Source of the DNA: Chloroflexota bacterium
GTDB taxonomy: Bacteria; Chloroflexota; Dehalococcoidia; Bin125
NCBI GenBank assembly: GCA_009838915.1
Contig: VXQT01000012.1
Coordinates: 4,671 to 68,670, forward strand
DNA: 64,000 bases
Direction of reading: 5' to 3'
The stretch's first letter is position 1; each line of letters starts with the position of its first letter. The notes below the pieces were generated by a model. It worked only from the letters and a program-made list of their open reading frames with translations, was not told where the DNA came from and did not search any database. Made by a program: the position numbers and the translations under genes. Below are positions 29,455 through 44,489 of the stretch, piece by piece.

Positions 29455-30780
29455 ATGGCGATCGAAGCGACGACGATTGGGCGGGGGCGGCGGCGACGCG
29501 GAAGGCTGGGGCGGCTGTACTACGGCTGGTGGGTACTGTTCGGGATGGTCGTGGCGATGATCGTCGCCGAGGGCGTCACGTTTGGCTCGTTCGGCGCCTA
29601 CGTGGTTCCGCTCGAGGAGGCGTTCGGCTGGTCGCGGGCGCAGGTCTCGCTGGGATTCTCCGTCACCGTCGGCGTGGTCGGGGCCTCGGCGCCGCTGATC
29701 GGACGCTTGATCGATGTGGTCGGACCTCGCCGGCTGATGCTGATCGGCGCGCCGCTCTGCTGTGTCTCGTTCGTGCTGCTCGCGTTCATGACCGAACTCT
29801 GGCAGTGGTACGCGTACATGGGCCTCAGCGCGATCTCGCTGGGCTGCATCGCCTACATCCCGGCCCAGGCGCTGGCCGTGCGCTGGTTCGACGATCACCG
29901 TGCCGTCGCAACCAGCCTGATCGGCGCATCGGTCTGGATGGGACAGCTCGTTATGCTGCCTCTGGTCCAGTTGCTGATCTCCCGGCTGGGTTGGGAAGAC
30001 GCGTTCATCTACTCGGGCATCATGATCGTGGGCGCTTACGCGGTGGCGTTCCTGCTGGTGCGCGATCAACCGCCGCCTGGCGGCGAGCGGGCTCACGCGC
30101 ATCCTGCGGCGGTCGAGGCGGACGCGGCGCTGAGCACGCCTCCCGAGGTGTCGCTGGCAGGTCTGACCGCGCGCGAGGCGGTGCGGACGAAACTGTTCTG
30201 GCTGCTCGTGTTCGGTTTGATGGCGATCTTCTTCGTCGTCTTCGGCTGGCTGTCGCAGGCGCACCCGTACTACCAGTCCGTCGGTTACTCGGACTCGACC
30301 GCGGCGTTGATCGTGTCGATCACCGCGGGCGGCGCGGTGATCTGGCTGTTGGCGGCCGGTTCACAGCTTGAGCGGATCCGCCGACCGGAACGGATCGCGG
30401 CGGTGGGTTCGTTGTTTGTCGCCGGGTCGATGATCACGCTGTATCTGATCGGCGGCAGCGACGGCGGCACGGCGCTGCACGTGGTGCTCTATGTGCTGGG
30501 CTTCGCGACGGTGCCGCCGCTCGAGGCGCTGATGATCTCTCGCGCGTTCGGATTGTCCAACTTCGCCACGATTCTCGGCACCGGGTTCATGTTCGAGACG
30601 ATTGCGATCTTCTTCTCGCCGATCGTCGCCGGCAGCATCTTCGACAACACGGGCAGCTACGACGACGCACTGCTGCTGTACGGCATCTGCGCCCTGGCGT
30701 CGGTCGTGATCTTCATCGCGGCGTCGCGCGTGCAGCAGCCGATGCAAGCCCGCCTGCCGAGCCTGAGTGCTGCGGAGTGA
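29455..30780 (+). CDS. MFS transporter
   Basis: About 12 transmembrane segments; 441 aa; start MAIEATT. Confidence 0.85.
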   Translation: MAIEATTIGRGRRRRGRLGRLYYGWWVLFGMVVAMIVAEGVTFGSFGAYVVPLEEAFGWSRAQVSLGFSVTVGVVGASAPLIGRLIDVVGPRRLMLIGAPLCCVSFVLLAFMTELWQWYAYMGLSAISLGCIAYIPAQALAVRWFDDHRAVATSLIGASVWMGQLVMLPLVQLLISRLGWEDAFIYSGIMIVGAYAVAFLLVRDQPPPGGERAHAHPAAVEADAALSTPPEVSLAGLTAREAVRTKLFWLLVFGLMAIFFVVFGWLSQAHPYYQSVGYSDSTAALIVSITAGGAVIWLLAAGSQLERIRRPERIAAVGSLFVAGSMITLYLIGGSDGGTALHVVLYVLGFATVPPLEALMISRAFGLSNFATILGTGFMFETIAIFFSPIVAGSIFDNTGSYDDALLLYGICALASVVIFIAASRVQQPMQARLPSLSAAE

Positions 30781-30840
30781 GGCCGCGATCACGAAGGGCG
30801 GCCCTCATGGCCGCCCATCCATGTTTCGCTTGAGTAGGGA

Positions 30841-30917
<77 letters not shown>

Positions 30918-30978
30918 ACCGACTCAGCCTACTACGGAACCGCGCGTGAATGACGCAACTGACGTGGGCTTCGCCGTG

Positions 30979-31203
30979 TTAGCGGCGGTCGTCGCGCCCG
31001 TCGTAGATGGGTTCGTTCAGGTAGACGTCGCCGTTGCGGATCTTGAGGTTGAAGAGGCACTTGGGGTCGGTGCAGACCCATGCCTTGAAGTGCACCGCCG
31101 CGCCCTGACCGCCGAAGTCCGAGAGCGGGACAAGAACCCCCCCCTCGCACTGTGCGCATCGTGGAAACCCGCCCGGCGCCACGCCGAGATCACCGTTCGC
31201 CAT
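30979..31203 (-). CDS. small hypothetical zinc-ribbon-like protein (CxxC…CxxxxC)
   Basis: 74 aa, [22 protein letters not shown]…CTDPKC…, with strong GC3 bias. The antisense + ORF is less plausible. Confidence 0.45.
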   Translation of the reverse strand: MANGDLGVAPGGFPRCAQCEGGVLVPLSDFGGQGAAVHFKAWVCTDPKCLFNLKIRNGDVYLNEPIYDGRDDRR

Positions 31204-31319
31204 CGCCCCGCATCTCCCTGAGGCCCTGCCCTCGCACCGGCATCGTCAGCACAGTTCCGCACAGCGACCCACATTGTCCAATGCGTATGTTAGCGCCTGA
31301 GTCGGGAGCTGCGTCGGGT

Positions 31320-32963
<1,644 letters not shown>

Positions 32964-33014
32964 GGACTGAGCCTACAACCGATCCATGCGAGAGACAGCG
33001 GACTGGCAGTCGAA

Positions 33015-34184
33015 TCAGTGTCGGAACAATCGCTGACCGGTCATAGCCATGGCGATGCCGTACTCGTTGCAGGCAGCGATGACATCTTTGTCGGCGATCG
33101 AGCCGCCGGGCTGGAGAATGTGGGTCACCGCCGAGGCCTGGGCGCGGTCGATGTTGTCGCGGAAGGGCATGAACGCGTCGTGACTGAGCACGGTGCGAAA
33201 CCCGTTGGTCCACCCGCGCCGCTCTTCCTCGCTCAGAGGCCCTGTCCAGTTCGTGACTTGTGACTGCAGCCGATTCTGCTCGGGCTGCGACAGTTCCTGC
33301 CAGGCGATGAACTGCTCGCGGGCGGCAAACCGATCGGGCCGCTTGAGGTTCGAGTCGAACTCCAGCCCCAGCACGCGATCATGCTGCTGCAGCATCCAGC
33401 GATCCGCCTTGCCGCAGGCCAGGCGGGTGCAATGAATCCGCGATTGCTGACCAGCGCCCAGGCCGATTACCTGGCCGTCGGCCGCAAGGCAGACGGAGTT
33501 CGATTGGGTATAACGCAGGGTGATCGTCGCGACCAACAGATCGCGCCTCGCCTCGTCGTGAAATGCCTTCAATCTGGTCACGGGATTGTTGAAGCAGGAC
33601 TGATCGAACGGCTTCCGATCGGTTGGCTGTTCCAGGCGCAGGCCGAAATGGTCGCGGGACTCCTCCGTTGGTGACTCCAGATCCGGGTCGGCCTGCAGGA
33701 TCAGGTACCGGCCGCCCTTCTTCTGCCGCAGGATTTCGAGCGCTTCGGGTTCGTAACCGGGCGCGATGATCCCGTCGGAGACCTCCCGCCTGAGGAAGCG
33801 GGCGAGCGATTCGTCGACAGGATCGGAGACGGCTGCGAAGTCGCCGTAGGCGCTGACCAGGTCGCCGCCTCGCGAGCGAACGTAGGCCGCCGCGACCGGC
33901 GAGAGCTCCAGGTTCTCGACTTCGTAGGAGCGGGCCAGGCGCGCGGAGAGCGGCAGACCGATCGCGGCGCCCGCCGGCGACACGTGCTTGTACGAGGCTG
34001 CGGCCGGTTCGTCCAGCGTCTCGCGCAACTCGCGCACCAGGTTCCAGCCGCTCATCGCGTCGAGCAGGTTGATGTAACCGGGCTGACCATTGAGCACCTC
34101 GAACGGCCACTCCCCGATCGCCGACGCTGAGGCAGGCTGTTGATGCGGATTGATTCCGTAGCGCAGGGGGATGGAGTCGGCCAT
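33015..34184 (-). CDS. AICAR transformylase (PurH C-terminal AICARFT domain) protein lacking the IMP-cyclohydrolase/MGS domain
   Basis: RYGINPHQ motif near the N-terminus, …SDAFMPFRDNID… and …QPGGSIAD… near the C-terminus; 389 aa. Confidence 0.75.
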   Translation of the reverse strand: MADSIPLRYGINPHQQPASASAIGEWPFEVLNGQPGYINLLDAMSGWNLVRELRETLDEPAAASYKHVSPAGAAIGLPLSARLARSYEVENLELSPVAAAYVRSRGGDLVSAYGDFAAVSDPVDESLARFLRREVSDGIIAPGYEPEALEILRQKKGGRYLILQADPDLESPTEESRDHFGLRLEQPTDRKPFDQSCFNNPVTRLKAFHDEARRDLLVATITLRYTQSNSVCLAADGQVIGLGAGQQSRIHCTRLACGKADRWMLQQHDRVLGLEFDSNLKRPDRFAAREQFIAWQELSQPEQNRLQSQVTNWTGPLSEEERRGWTNGFRTVLSHDAFMPFRDNIDRAQASAVTHILQPGGSIADKDVIAACNEYGIAMAMTGQRLFRH

Positions 34185-34189
34185 GGCGC

Positions 34190-35077
34190 TCAGGCAATCA
34201 GATCCTCAAGCGCGGCGTTGATCTCGGTGAATCTGAAGCGATAGCCGAGATCGAGGGTGCGCGTCGGCAGGATGCGCTGCGAAGCGAGTAAGACGCTTGC
34301 GCCTTCGCCCAGCATCAGCTTGAGCGCGAGCGGCGGCACGGGAATCAGGGCCGGGCGGCCCAGCACGCGACCCAACACGCGGGAGAACTCACCGTTGCGG
34401 ACCGGATTCGGCGCGGTCAGGTTGAGCGCGCCCTCGACGTTGGTCTGCTCCAGCGCGTGAATGATCCCGCCGACGACATCGTCGATGTGCACCCAGCTCC
34501 ACCAGGCGCGGCCCAGACCGATTGGTCCGCCGAGGCCGAGCTTGAAGGGAAAGAGCAGGCGCGGCAGAGCGCCTCCCTCGTTGGCCAGAGTGATGCCGAT
34601 GCGGGCAGTCACCGTGCGGACGCCGGCGCCCTGGGCTTCCGCTTCCCAGTCGACGCAGAGATGGGCGAGGAAGTCATCGCCGGCCGGCGCAGACTCGGTT
34701 GATTCCCGTTCCACGCGGTTTCCGTAGTAACCGATCGCCGAGGCGCTGACCAGGACGCCGGGCTTCTCGCCCGACTCCTGGATCGCCTGCACCACCTGTC
34801 GCGTCGTCTCGACACGGCTGGAGCGCAGGGCTGCCTTGCGTTCGCTCGACCAGCGCTGATCGACGATCCCTTCGCCGGCCAGGTGGACCACTCCGGCCGC
34901 GCCGGCCACGGCATCGGTGAGGCCGTCCCAGCCGGTCCAGGTCACTCCCGAGAGTGCGGTATGGGCGCGCGGATTGCGCGACACCGCTGTGATGTTGACG
35001 CCGCGGCGGCGCAACTCGGCGATCAACGCTCCGCCGACCAGTCCGCTCGCGCCGGTGATGACTACGTGCATACGCAC
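34190..35077 (-). CDS. TIGR01777 (YfcH-like) NAD-dependent epimerase/dehydratase family protein
   Basis: N-terminal VVITGASGLVG and a C-terminal DUF1731-like region; 295 aa. Confidence 0.8.
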   Translation of the reverse strand: MRMHVVITGASGLVGGALIAELRRRGVNITAVSRNPRAHTALSGVTWTGWDGLTDAVAGAAGVVHLAGEGIVDQRWSSERKAALRSSRVETTRQVVQAIQESGEKPGVLVSASAIGYYGNRVERESTESAPAGDDFLAHLCVDWEAEAQGAGVRTVTARIGITLANEGGALPRLLFPFKLGLGGPIGLGRAWWSWVHIDDVVGGIIHALEQTNVEGALNLTAPNPVRNGEFSRVLGRVLGRPALIPVPPLALKLMLGEGASVLLASQRILPTRTLDLGYRFRFTEINAALEDLIA

Positions 35078-35089
35078 GCTCCCGTTCGA

Positions 35090-35626
35090 CTATCCGCCCA
35101 TGTTCGGCCGCACAGGGTCGAGTCCGTGCATCCCGCGGATCAGGTTGATCTCACCTCGGTGACCATTGAGATGCGTGCAAAGATGCAGCGTGATCGACTC
35201 ACCCAACGTCTCTGTGCGGTCGCCGAGCTTGACCTCGCGCGACAGATCGTCGTCACTGAGCGAGTCGAGGAAGGCGTGGGTCGACTCGTTGACGGCGTCC
35301 TGGTAGGCCCAGAACTGGTCGAGGTCGCCGATTGCCACGGACGAAGCTTCCTCGGTCGACTGGCCGGTACCGAAACCGCGCTCCGGCAGTCCGGTCTTCT
35401 CCGCCCAGCCGCCGGAGCGCCAGATCTCGTCCTTGCCCTGCCAGGCGCCCTGGACGAGCAGGTCCTCGACCCGCGCCGCGTGCCACAGTACCCAGGCAAC
35501 GGAGTGCGATTCACCGTCCGGCACGAAGTGGAGCTGCTCCCCGGTCTGGCCGGTCCGCGCATCGCGGAAGCCACCGTGAATGAAGCTGAGCATGTCCTTG
35601 ATGTATCCAACCGCCGATTGGCTCAT
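35090..35626 (-). CDS. DinB family protein (DinB_2)
   Basis: 178 aa; …WVLWHAARVEDL… and …HLNGHRGEI… His motifs. Confidence 0.65.
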   Translation of the reverse strand: MSQSAVGYIKDMLSFIHGGFRDARTGQTGEQLHFVPDGESHSVAWVLWHAARVEDLLVQGAWQGKDEIWRSGGWAEKTGLPERGFGTGQSTEEASSVAIGDLDQFWAYQDAVNESTHAFLDSLSDDDLSREVKLGDRTETLGESITLHLCTHLNGHRGEINLIRGMHGLDPVRPNMGG

Positions 35627-36222
35627 GCCGTCGGTCCTTTCTGATCGTCGTCCGGTTCCGATTCGTCCCCAGTATCGCCGTTCGTGTCCGGCTCCGCCTC
35701 GTCGATCGAGCGTTCAGCATCGGCCAGCAGTTGGTCCAGTTGCTCGAGTATCTGCGGATTCAGCGGCTCGCTCTCGGCATCCATCTCCGACGCCGTGGCG
35801 TCCAGGACATCGGCCTCGTTCGGGTCGTCCATGGACGTGGGATCCGACTCGAAACCGAACGCGCGCGACAACTCCTGCGCCACGCGGGGATCGAGACCGC
35901 TCGCTTCGGAGAGACGCTGTGCCATCTCGCGGAGCTGGTCCTCGCTCACGCCCATGGAAGTGAGCGTTTCCCGCACTAGCCGCTGGACCTCGGCGTGATC
36001 TTGACGAATCAGCGCGTCGGCGATCTCGAGCTGCGTCTCGATTGCGCGGAATCCCATCCGTCGCATCGACTCGTCGCGTTGCAGCAACGTCGACATCAGC
36101 TTGGTGAACAGCGTGGTGGTGCGAGCGATCCGCATGCGGTCGTCGGGGTGTTCGGGGAACTCACCGGTCACCGTGACTTCGAAGCCGGTCTCGCGGTCGC
36201 GCGCGACGTACTGATCTGCCAT
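35623..36222 (-). CDS. hypothetical protein with highly acidic C-terminus
   Basis: 199 aa; GC3-biased; overlaps the downstream DinB gene by 4 nt. Confidence 0.5.
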   Translation of the reverse strand: MADQYVARDRETGFEVTVTGEFPEHPDDRMRIARTTTLFTKLMSTLLQRDESMRRMGFRAIETQLEIADALIRQDHAEVQRLVRETLTSMGVSEDQLREMAQRLSEASGLDPRVAQELSRAFGFESDPTSMDDPNEADVLDATASEMDAESEPLNPQILEQLDQLLADAERSIDEAEPDTNGDTGDESEPDDDQKGPTA

Positions 36223-36242
36223 GAGTCGATCCTACGCCAGAA

Positions 36243-37208
36243 CTAGCGCGCGGCGTCGCCGACGGCGGTAAGCAGGAAGTCGGAGACCGCCTCGATGAAT
36301 CCCGGCGTGTTCTGCGAGTGCACGTTGTGGCCGCAGTTGGCTACCTCGACCAGCCGCGCGTTGGGCAACTCCGCGACGAAGCGCTGCGCGGCGTCGGCCT
36401 GGAGGATGTTGCTCGACTCGCCGCGCACGAGCAGCGTCGGCCCGGCGAACTCGTGGAAGCCGTCCGCGACATCGCGTCGAGCCGCGGCCGGTCGGCGGAA
36501 GCCGGGGTCGTGCAGGATGCGGTCCGACTTGGCCACGTACTTGCCGTCCGAGCGATGCACCAGGTTGTAGCGCGCCGTGCGCTCCATGTGCTCGCGCGAG
36601 CGGAAGGGATCGTAGGCCGCGACCCGGTCGATGAACTCGTCGAGATGGTCGAACTCGACATTGCGCACGACGAAGTTGCGAATCTGCTCGGCGCCGCGCT
36701 GCGAGACCTCCGGTCCCACATCGACCAGCACGACCGCGCGCGGCAGCGACGGCTCGCGCGAGGTCAGCCGCATCGTCACCATGCCGCCCATCGAGTGGCC
36801 CATCACGATCGGAGAGTCGAGGCCGTCCTCGTGGATCAGGTGCAGCGCGTCGGATGCCATCTGGTCGGGGCCGTAGTCGGCGTCGCGGGCCCACTCAGAG
36901 TCACCGTGTCCGCGCTGATCCGGGGCGACGATGTGGAAACGGTCCGCCAGGTGCAGCGCGACCAGGTCCCAGCTATGCGCCGACTGGTTGCCGCCGTGCA
37001 GCATCACAATCGTCGGATTGGCCGGGTCTCCCCATTCGAGCACGTGCAGGCGCAGGTGATTGATCACCGCGTTGCGCGAGACGTAGCGGATGTCGTCGAC
37101 GTGACTGATCCCGAGATCGGCGGCCGACTCGCAGAGCGAGGCGAACTCGTCGGTCTGCGTCATGTCGACGGCGTCGGCGGTGGGCGCGAACGTGTTGAGG
37201 TAGGCCAC
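36243..37208 (-). CDS. alpha/beta hydrolase fold protein
   Basis: HGGNQS…GHSMGG nucleophile elbow; 321 aa. Confidence 0.85.
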   Translation of the reverse strand: MAYLNTFAPTADAVDMTQTDEFASLCESAADLGISHVDDIRYVSRNAVINHLRLHVLEWGDPANPTIVMLHGGNQSAHSWDLVALHLADRFHIVAPDQRGHGDSEWARDADYGPDQMASDALHLIHEDGLDSPIVMGHSMGGMVTMRLTSREPSLPRAVVLVDVGPEVSQRGAEQIRNFVVRNVEFDHLDEFIDRVAAYDPFRSREHMERTARYNLVHRSDGKYVAKSDRILHDPGFRRPAAARRDVADGFHEFAGPTLLVRGESSNILQADAAQRFVAELPNARLVEVANCGHNVHSQNTPGFIEAVSDFLLTAVGDAAR

Positions 37209-37320
37209 AGGCAGGAGTTCTCGGGTTGCACTGGCGGTACGGAGGCAGTCTATCGCGGAGGATGGCTAACCTAGCCGTGAACCCGAGCAAGACGGACAAG
37301 ACAGCGAAAGACTGGCGATC

Positions 37321-40343
<3,023 letters not shown>

Positions 40344-40549
40344 TCAGTGCGCCTCGCCGAGCCCGGTACGACCGATCGGTCAACTGAGTCTTGCGGCAAG
40401 CTCGGCAGTTCATCTCTTGCCATTCAGCCTGCGTAGCCTATCACCGCCCGGTGCCGCCGAAACACGACAGGCCGCTGCCTGAAATCGCTCTTCCATATAG
40501 CTAGCCTCCACTCACCGCGACAGGCAACGCTTGCGGAAGAGGGACTCAT

Positions 40550-41317
40550 ATGAACACCGAGCAGCTTGGTCTGGCAGAGATCGCATCGCTACACAACTTG
40601 CGCGCCTATGCGGCGGAGCTGATCGGCACGATGCTCTTCGTCCTGATTGGCACGGGAGCGGTAATCGCCACCGGCGGCGGCGACTTGGTCGCTATTGCCC
40701 TGGCTCATGGCGTTGGCATCGCGGTCATGGTCTACGCGACCGCCAACTATTCAGGCGGTCATCTGAATCCGGCGGTCACCCTGGCGATGATCGTCACGCG
40801 GCGAATCAAACCCGTCGTCGGCGTTGCGTACATCGTCGCGCAGATGGTCGGCGCCTGCCTGGCGACGGCCCTGTTGTACGCGATCCTCTTCAATGAGGTG
40901 GGTGAACTGACCAACTTCGGCGCGCACGGGATCAACGAGCTTGCACTTGGTAATGGTGGCGGGTTCTTGCTTGAGTTGTTACTGACTGCCGCGCTTGTGG
41001 CCGTGATCTTCGCCACGGCAGTATCAAGGCGTGGATTCGGCGCATCTGCCCCGCTCGCGATCGGGCTGACGGTGGTCATCATTCATCTGATCGCAGTGCC
41101 ATTGACGGGTGCGTCAGTCAATCCGGCGCGGACGTTTGGACCAGCGTTGATCTCGAACGCGTTCGACAGCTTCTGGGTCTACGTGATTGGACCGGCGGCC
41201 GGAGCGGTCGTCGCTGCAGTCTTGTACCACCACGTGTTCTTGCCCAGCGACGATCCCGAAGAGGCTTCCGCGGATCTGGAGGAATCCGAGCAGCAGACGG
41301 CTGATGGAGTCGAGTAG
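40550..41317 (+). CDS. MIP/aquaporin family channel
   Basis: Two NPA boxes (HLNPAVT, SVNPART) and six transmembrane segments. Confidence 0.9.
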   Translation: MNTEQLGLAEIASLHNLRAYAAELIGTMLFVLIGTGAVIATGGGDLVAIALAHGVGIAVMVYATANYSGGHLNPAVTLAMIVTRRIKPVVGVAYIVAQMVGACLATALLYAILFNEVGELTNFGAHGINELALGNGGGFLLELLLTAALVAVIFATAVSRRGFGASAPLAIGLTVVIIHLIAVPLTGASVNPARTFGPALISNAFDSFWVYVIGPAAGAVVAAVLYHHVFLPSDDPEEASADLEESEQQTADGVE

Positions 41318-42070
41318 CGCGACCGCTCGCGCGCACCGCGCCGCCTCGCAGCGCTCGATGAACGCCACGGTCTCCTCGATGAAGCGTTGCGACTCCGTGA
41401 TCAGCGGGGCGTGACCGGAATCTTCGTACGTCACAAGTGTCGCGTCGGGAATCTCGCGCGCCATGAACTCGGCGGCGGCGTGCGGGCAGATCGGATCGTG
41501 ACGGCCCGGGAACAGCGCGACCGGGATGTCGATGTTCGGCAGTGTCGCTTCCAGGTCGCAGGTCGCCCGTGACTGCTGCGAGCCCTCCCAGCAGGCCTCG
41601 GTCGAAGAGCGAAACTCTTGCCCCCAGACCTCACGCGGCGGCGCGCTCTGATCCGGCGGCGTCAGCGGCTGCCCGCCAAAGTTGGGCGAGGGCGGCCCGG
41701 CGACGAGGATGGCCTGTCCTACCCGCTCCGTCCCATGCCGATGTAAGTAGGCCAGCGTCGTGCGCACGCCCAGCGACCAGCCGATCATCGTGATCTCGCG
41801 GTAGCCGCGCTGCACGATGAACGCCGCCTGGTCGTCGGCGAACTGCTCGATGCTGTAGGCCAATGGATCTTGCGGACACTCCGAGGGCGCGCGTCCGCGA
41901 TGATTGAGTGCGGCGCAGCGAGAGCGGTCGGAGAGCGCATCGATCAGATCGGCCCAGAGCGATGCATTGCCCTGCGTCCCGTGGACGAAGACGATCGTCG
42001 GCGCGTCGGGATCATTGGGGCCCTGCTCGTGGTAGAAGAGTTGCAGTCCGTTGATCTGGGTGAAGGGCAT
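41114..42070 (-). CDS. alpha/beta hydrolase fold protein; the C-terminal ~68 codons overlap the aquaporin gene
   Basis: HGTQGN…GWSLG motifs. The catalytic fold is complete by about residue 250, and the ORF continues to its stop at 41114. Confidence 0.7.
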   Translation of the reverse strand: MPFTQINGLQLFYHEQGPNDPDAPTIVFVHGTQGNASLWADLIDALSDRSRCAALNHRGRAPSECPQDPLAYSIEQFADDQAAFIVQRGYREITMIGWSLGVRTTLAYLHRHGTERVGQAILVAGPPSPNFGGQPLTPPDQSAPPREVWGQEFRSSTEACWEGSQQSRATCDLEATLPNIDIPVALFPGRHDPICPHAAAEFMAREIPDATLVTYEDSGHAPLITESQRFIEETVAFIERCEAARCARAVALLDSISRLLLGFLQIRGSLFGIVAGQEHVVVQDCSDDRSGRRSNHVDPEAVERVRDQRWSKRPRRID

Positions 42071-42118
42071 CGGGGCGGCGTTTCGTTACGATTCCTGTGG
42101 TTCAGTTGGGAGCATGCT

Positions 42119-43189
42119 ATGACCTCGATCTGGGAGTTGGACACGCCCGCCCTGCTGGTGGATCTCGACGCGCTGGAACACAACGCCTTGCTGATGGCGC
42201 AGCGCTGCGCCAAGGCCGGCATCGACTGGCGGCCGCACGTCAAGGCTTGCAAGGCGCCAGCGATGGCGCGCCGATTGATCGAGGCGGGCGCGGTCGGCGT
42301 CACCTGCGCCAAGGCCTCGGAGGCGCTGGTCATGGCGCGGGGCGGGGTGACCAACATCCTGATCGCGAACGAAGTCGTGGGGGACCAGAAAGTCGCGCGA
42401 CTGGTCGATGTGGCGAAACTGGCGACCCTCTGCGTCGCGGTAGATGACGCTGCGAACGTCCGGGAAATCTCAGCCGCCGCCGACGCCGCCGGCGTAACCA
42501 TCGACCTGTTAGTCGACGTCGACGTCAACCTCCACCGCTGCGGCGTCACGCCTGAAGAAGCGCCCGCGCTGTGCGCCCTGATCTCGGATCTCCCGGCCGT
42601 GCGCCTGCGCGGGCTGATGGGCTACGAGGGCCACGTGATGGGACTGCCGGAGAATGAGAAGGAGCGGGAGACGGCCGCCTCCGCTGCGATCCTGGCGCGC
42701 GCCAATGAGCTCTGCAAGCAGGACGGACACGAGATCGGCGTGCGCTCCGGTGGCGGCAGCGGCAACTATCGGTTCGTGCTCAAGCAGGCAGCGTTGACGG
42801 AGCTGCAGGCCGGAGGAGCGGCGCTGATGGACCTGACCTACGTGCAAATGGGTGTCGAAGGGCACCGACAGGCGCTCAGCCTGGTCTGCCAGGTGGTGTC
42901 CGCGGTGAACTCCGATCGGGCGGCTGGCGATGCGGGCTGGAAGGCCACGGGCCGCCACACCGGACTTCCAGATGTCGCCAATCCCGACGGTTGGCGCTGC
43001 GTCGGCCTCAGCGCCGAGCACACGCATTTCGCCAGAGACGGCGGCGAGCAGTTGCGAATCGGCGACCGAGTGGAGATGATTCCCCACTACTCCGACAGCA
43101 CGGTGCTCCTGCATCGAACGCTCTACGCGCACCGGTCAGGAGAAGTCGAAGAGGCGTGGGAGATCAGCGGGTCGGGAGCGCTGCAATAG
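42119..43189 (+). CDS. PLP-dependent fold-type-III (alanine racemase N-terminal domain) D-serine-deaminase-like/DSD1-family protein
   Basis: …PHVKACKAP… carries the PLP lysine in KACK, and there is a C-terminal β-domain; 356 aa. Confidence 0.75.
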   Translation: MTSIWELDTPALLVDLDALEHNALLMAQRCAKAGIDWRPHVKACKAPAMARRLIEAGAVGVTCAKASEALVMARGGVTNILIANEVVGDQKVARLVDVAKLATLCVAVDDAANVREISAAADAAGVTIDLLVDVDVNLHRCGVTPEEAPALCALISDLPAVRLRGLMGYEGHVMGLPENEKERETAASAAILARANELCKQDGHEIGVRSGGGSGNYRFVLKQAALTELQAGGAALMDLTYVQMGVEGHRQALSLVCQVVSAVNSDRAAGDAGWKATGRHTGLPDVANPDGWRCVGLSAEHTHFARDGGEQLRIGDRVEMIPHYSDSTVLLHRTLYAHRSGEVEEAWEISGSGALQ

Positions 43190-43247
43190 GGCGCAGACGC
43201 TCCCGCTTGCGATACCCTTCAATCGCCGAGCGGGAGGAGCGTGACCG

Positions 43248-44489
43248 ATGTTGCTGACGCCGTATCGCGTACTGGATCTGACCGACCAACGCGGCATGTT
43301 GGCGGGACAGATCCTGGCCGACCTCGGCGCGGATGTGATCTGCGTCGAGCCGCCCGGCGGCTCGTCTGCGCGCGCCGTGGGACCATTCGCCGGCGACGAT
43401 CCCGGCCCCGATCGTTCGCTCTACTGGTGGGCCTACGCCCGCAACAAGCGCGGCATCACTTGCAATCTCGATCACTCCGAGGGACAGCACCTGATCCGTC
43501 AACTCGCCGCGACCGCCGACTTCGTGCTCGAGTCCGACACGCCCGGCGTCATGGACGCCCGCGGACTCGGATACGCCGCCCTCTCGGCGGAGCACGAGAA
43601 TCTGATCTACACGTCAATCTCGGCGTTCGGCCAGACCGGTCCCAAAGTTACCTACGAAGCCACCGACCTGATCCTGATGGCGGCGGGCGGGCCGTTGATC
43701 CTCTCCGGCGGAGCCGGAGAGGCGCCGGTCCGGGTGTCTGTGCCCCAGGCGTGGTTCCACGCCTCGGGCGAGGCCGCGAGCGCGGCGCTGATCGCCCTGT
43801 ATGCGCGCCGAACCATCGGCCGCGGACAGCACGTCGACATCTCCGCCCAGCAGTCCGTTGCCGCCGCCTCGATGTCTGCCAACTTGGCGGCATCGATCGG
43901 CGCCGTCGAAACGGCGCGCGTCGCCGGCGGCATGGCCGTCGGACCTTTCACCGGCAAGCTGATCTGGGAGGCCGCCGACGGCTTCATCTCGCTCACGTTC
44001 CTGTTCGGCGCCGGTATCGGCCCGTTCTCACGCCGACTGTTCGAGTGGATGTACGACGAGGGCGAGTGCGCCGTCGAGGACCGCGACCTCGACTGGATTG
44101 GTCTGGGGGCGGAGTTCATTTCCGGCCAGCGGCCGCTGTCCGAGTGGGATCGGTTGCTGAGCGTCGTCGGCGACTTCATTCGCAAGCGCTCACGGGACGA
44201 GTTGTTCACCGAAGCGCAGGCGCGGTCGCTGCTGATTGTTCCCGTCACTACCGTTGACGAGCTCGCTGACTCGGAGCAGTTCGAGGCCCGCGACTTCTGG
44301 CGCGAGCACGACATGCCGGCCTGGCCCGAGCCCGTTCGTTTTCCGGGACCGTTCGTGCAACTCTCGGCCAACCAGCTCGAGTACCGTCGTCGCGCGCCGA
44401 ACATCGGCGAGCACAACGCCGAGGTCTACGCCGAACTCGGTCTCGACGCCGAGGACCTGGCTCACCTGCAGGAACGAGGGGTGATCTGA
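43248..44489 (+). CDS. CoA-transferase family III (CaiB/BaiF)
   Basis: MLLTPYRVLDLTDQRGMLAGQILADLGADVI…; 413 aa. Confidence 0.85.
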   Translation: MLLTPYRVLDLTDQRGMLAGQILADLGADVICVEPPGGSSARAVGPFAGDDPGPDRSLYWWAYARNKRGITCNLDHSEGQHLIRQLAATADFVLESDTPGVMDARGLGYAALSAEHENLIYTSISAFGQTGPKVTYEATDLILMAAGGPLILSGGAGEAPVRVSVPQAWFHASGEAASAALIALYARRTIGRGQHVDISAQQSVAAASMSANLAASIGAVETARVAGGMAVGPFTGKLIWEAADGFISLTFLFGAGIGPFSRRLFEWMYDEGECAVEDRDLDWIGLGAEFISGQRPLSEWDRLLSVVGDFIRKRSRDELFTEAQARSLLIVPVTTVDELADSEQFEARDFWREHDMPAWPEPVRFPGPFVQLSANQLEYRRRAPNIGEHNAEVYAELGLDAEDLAHLQERGVI

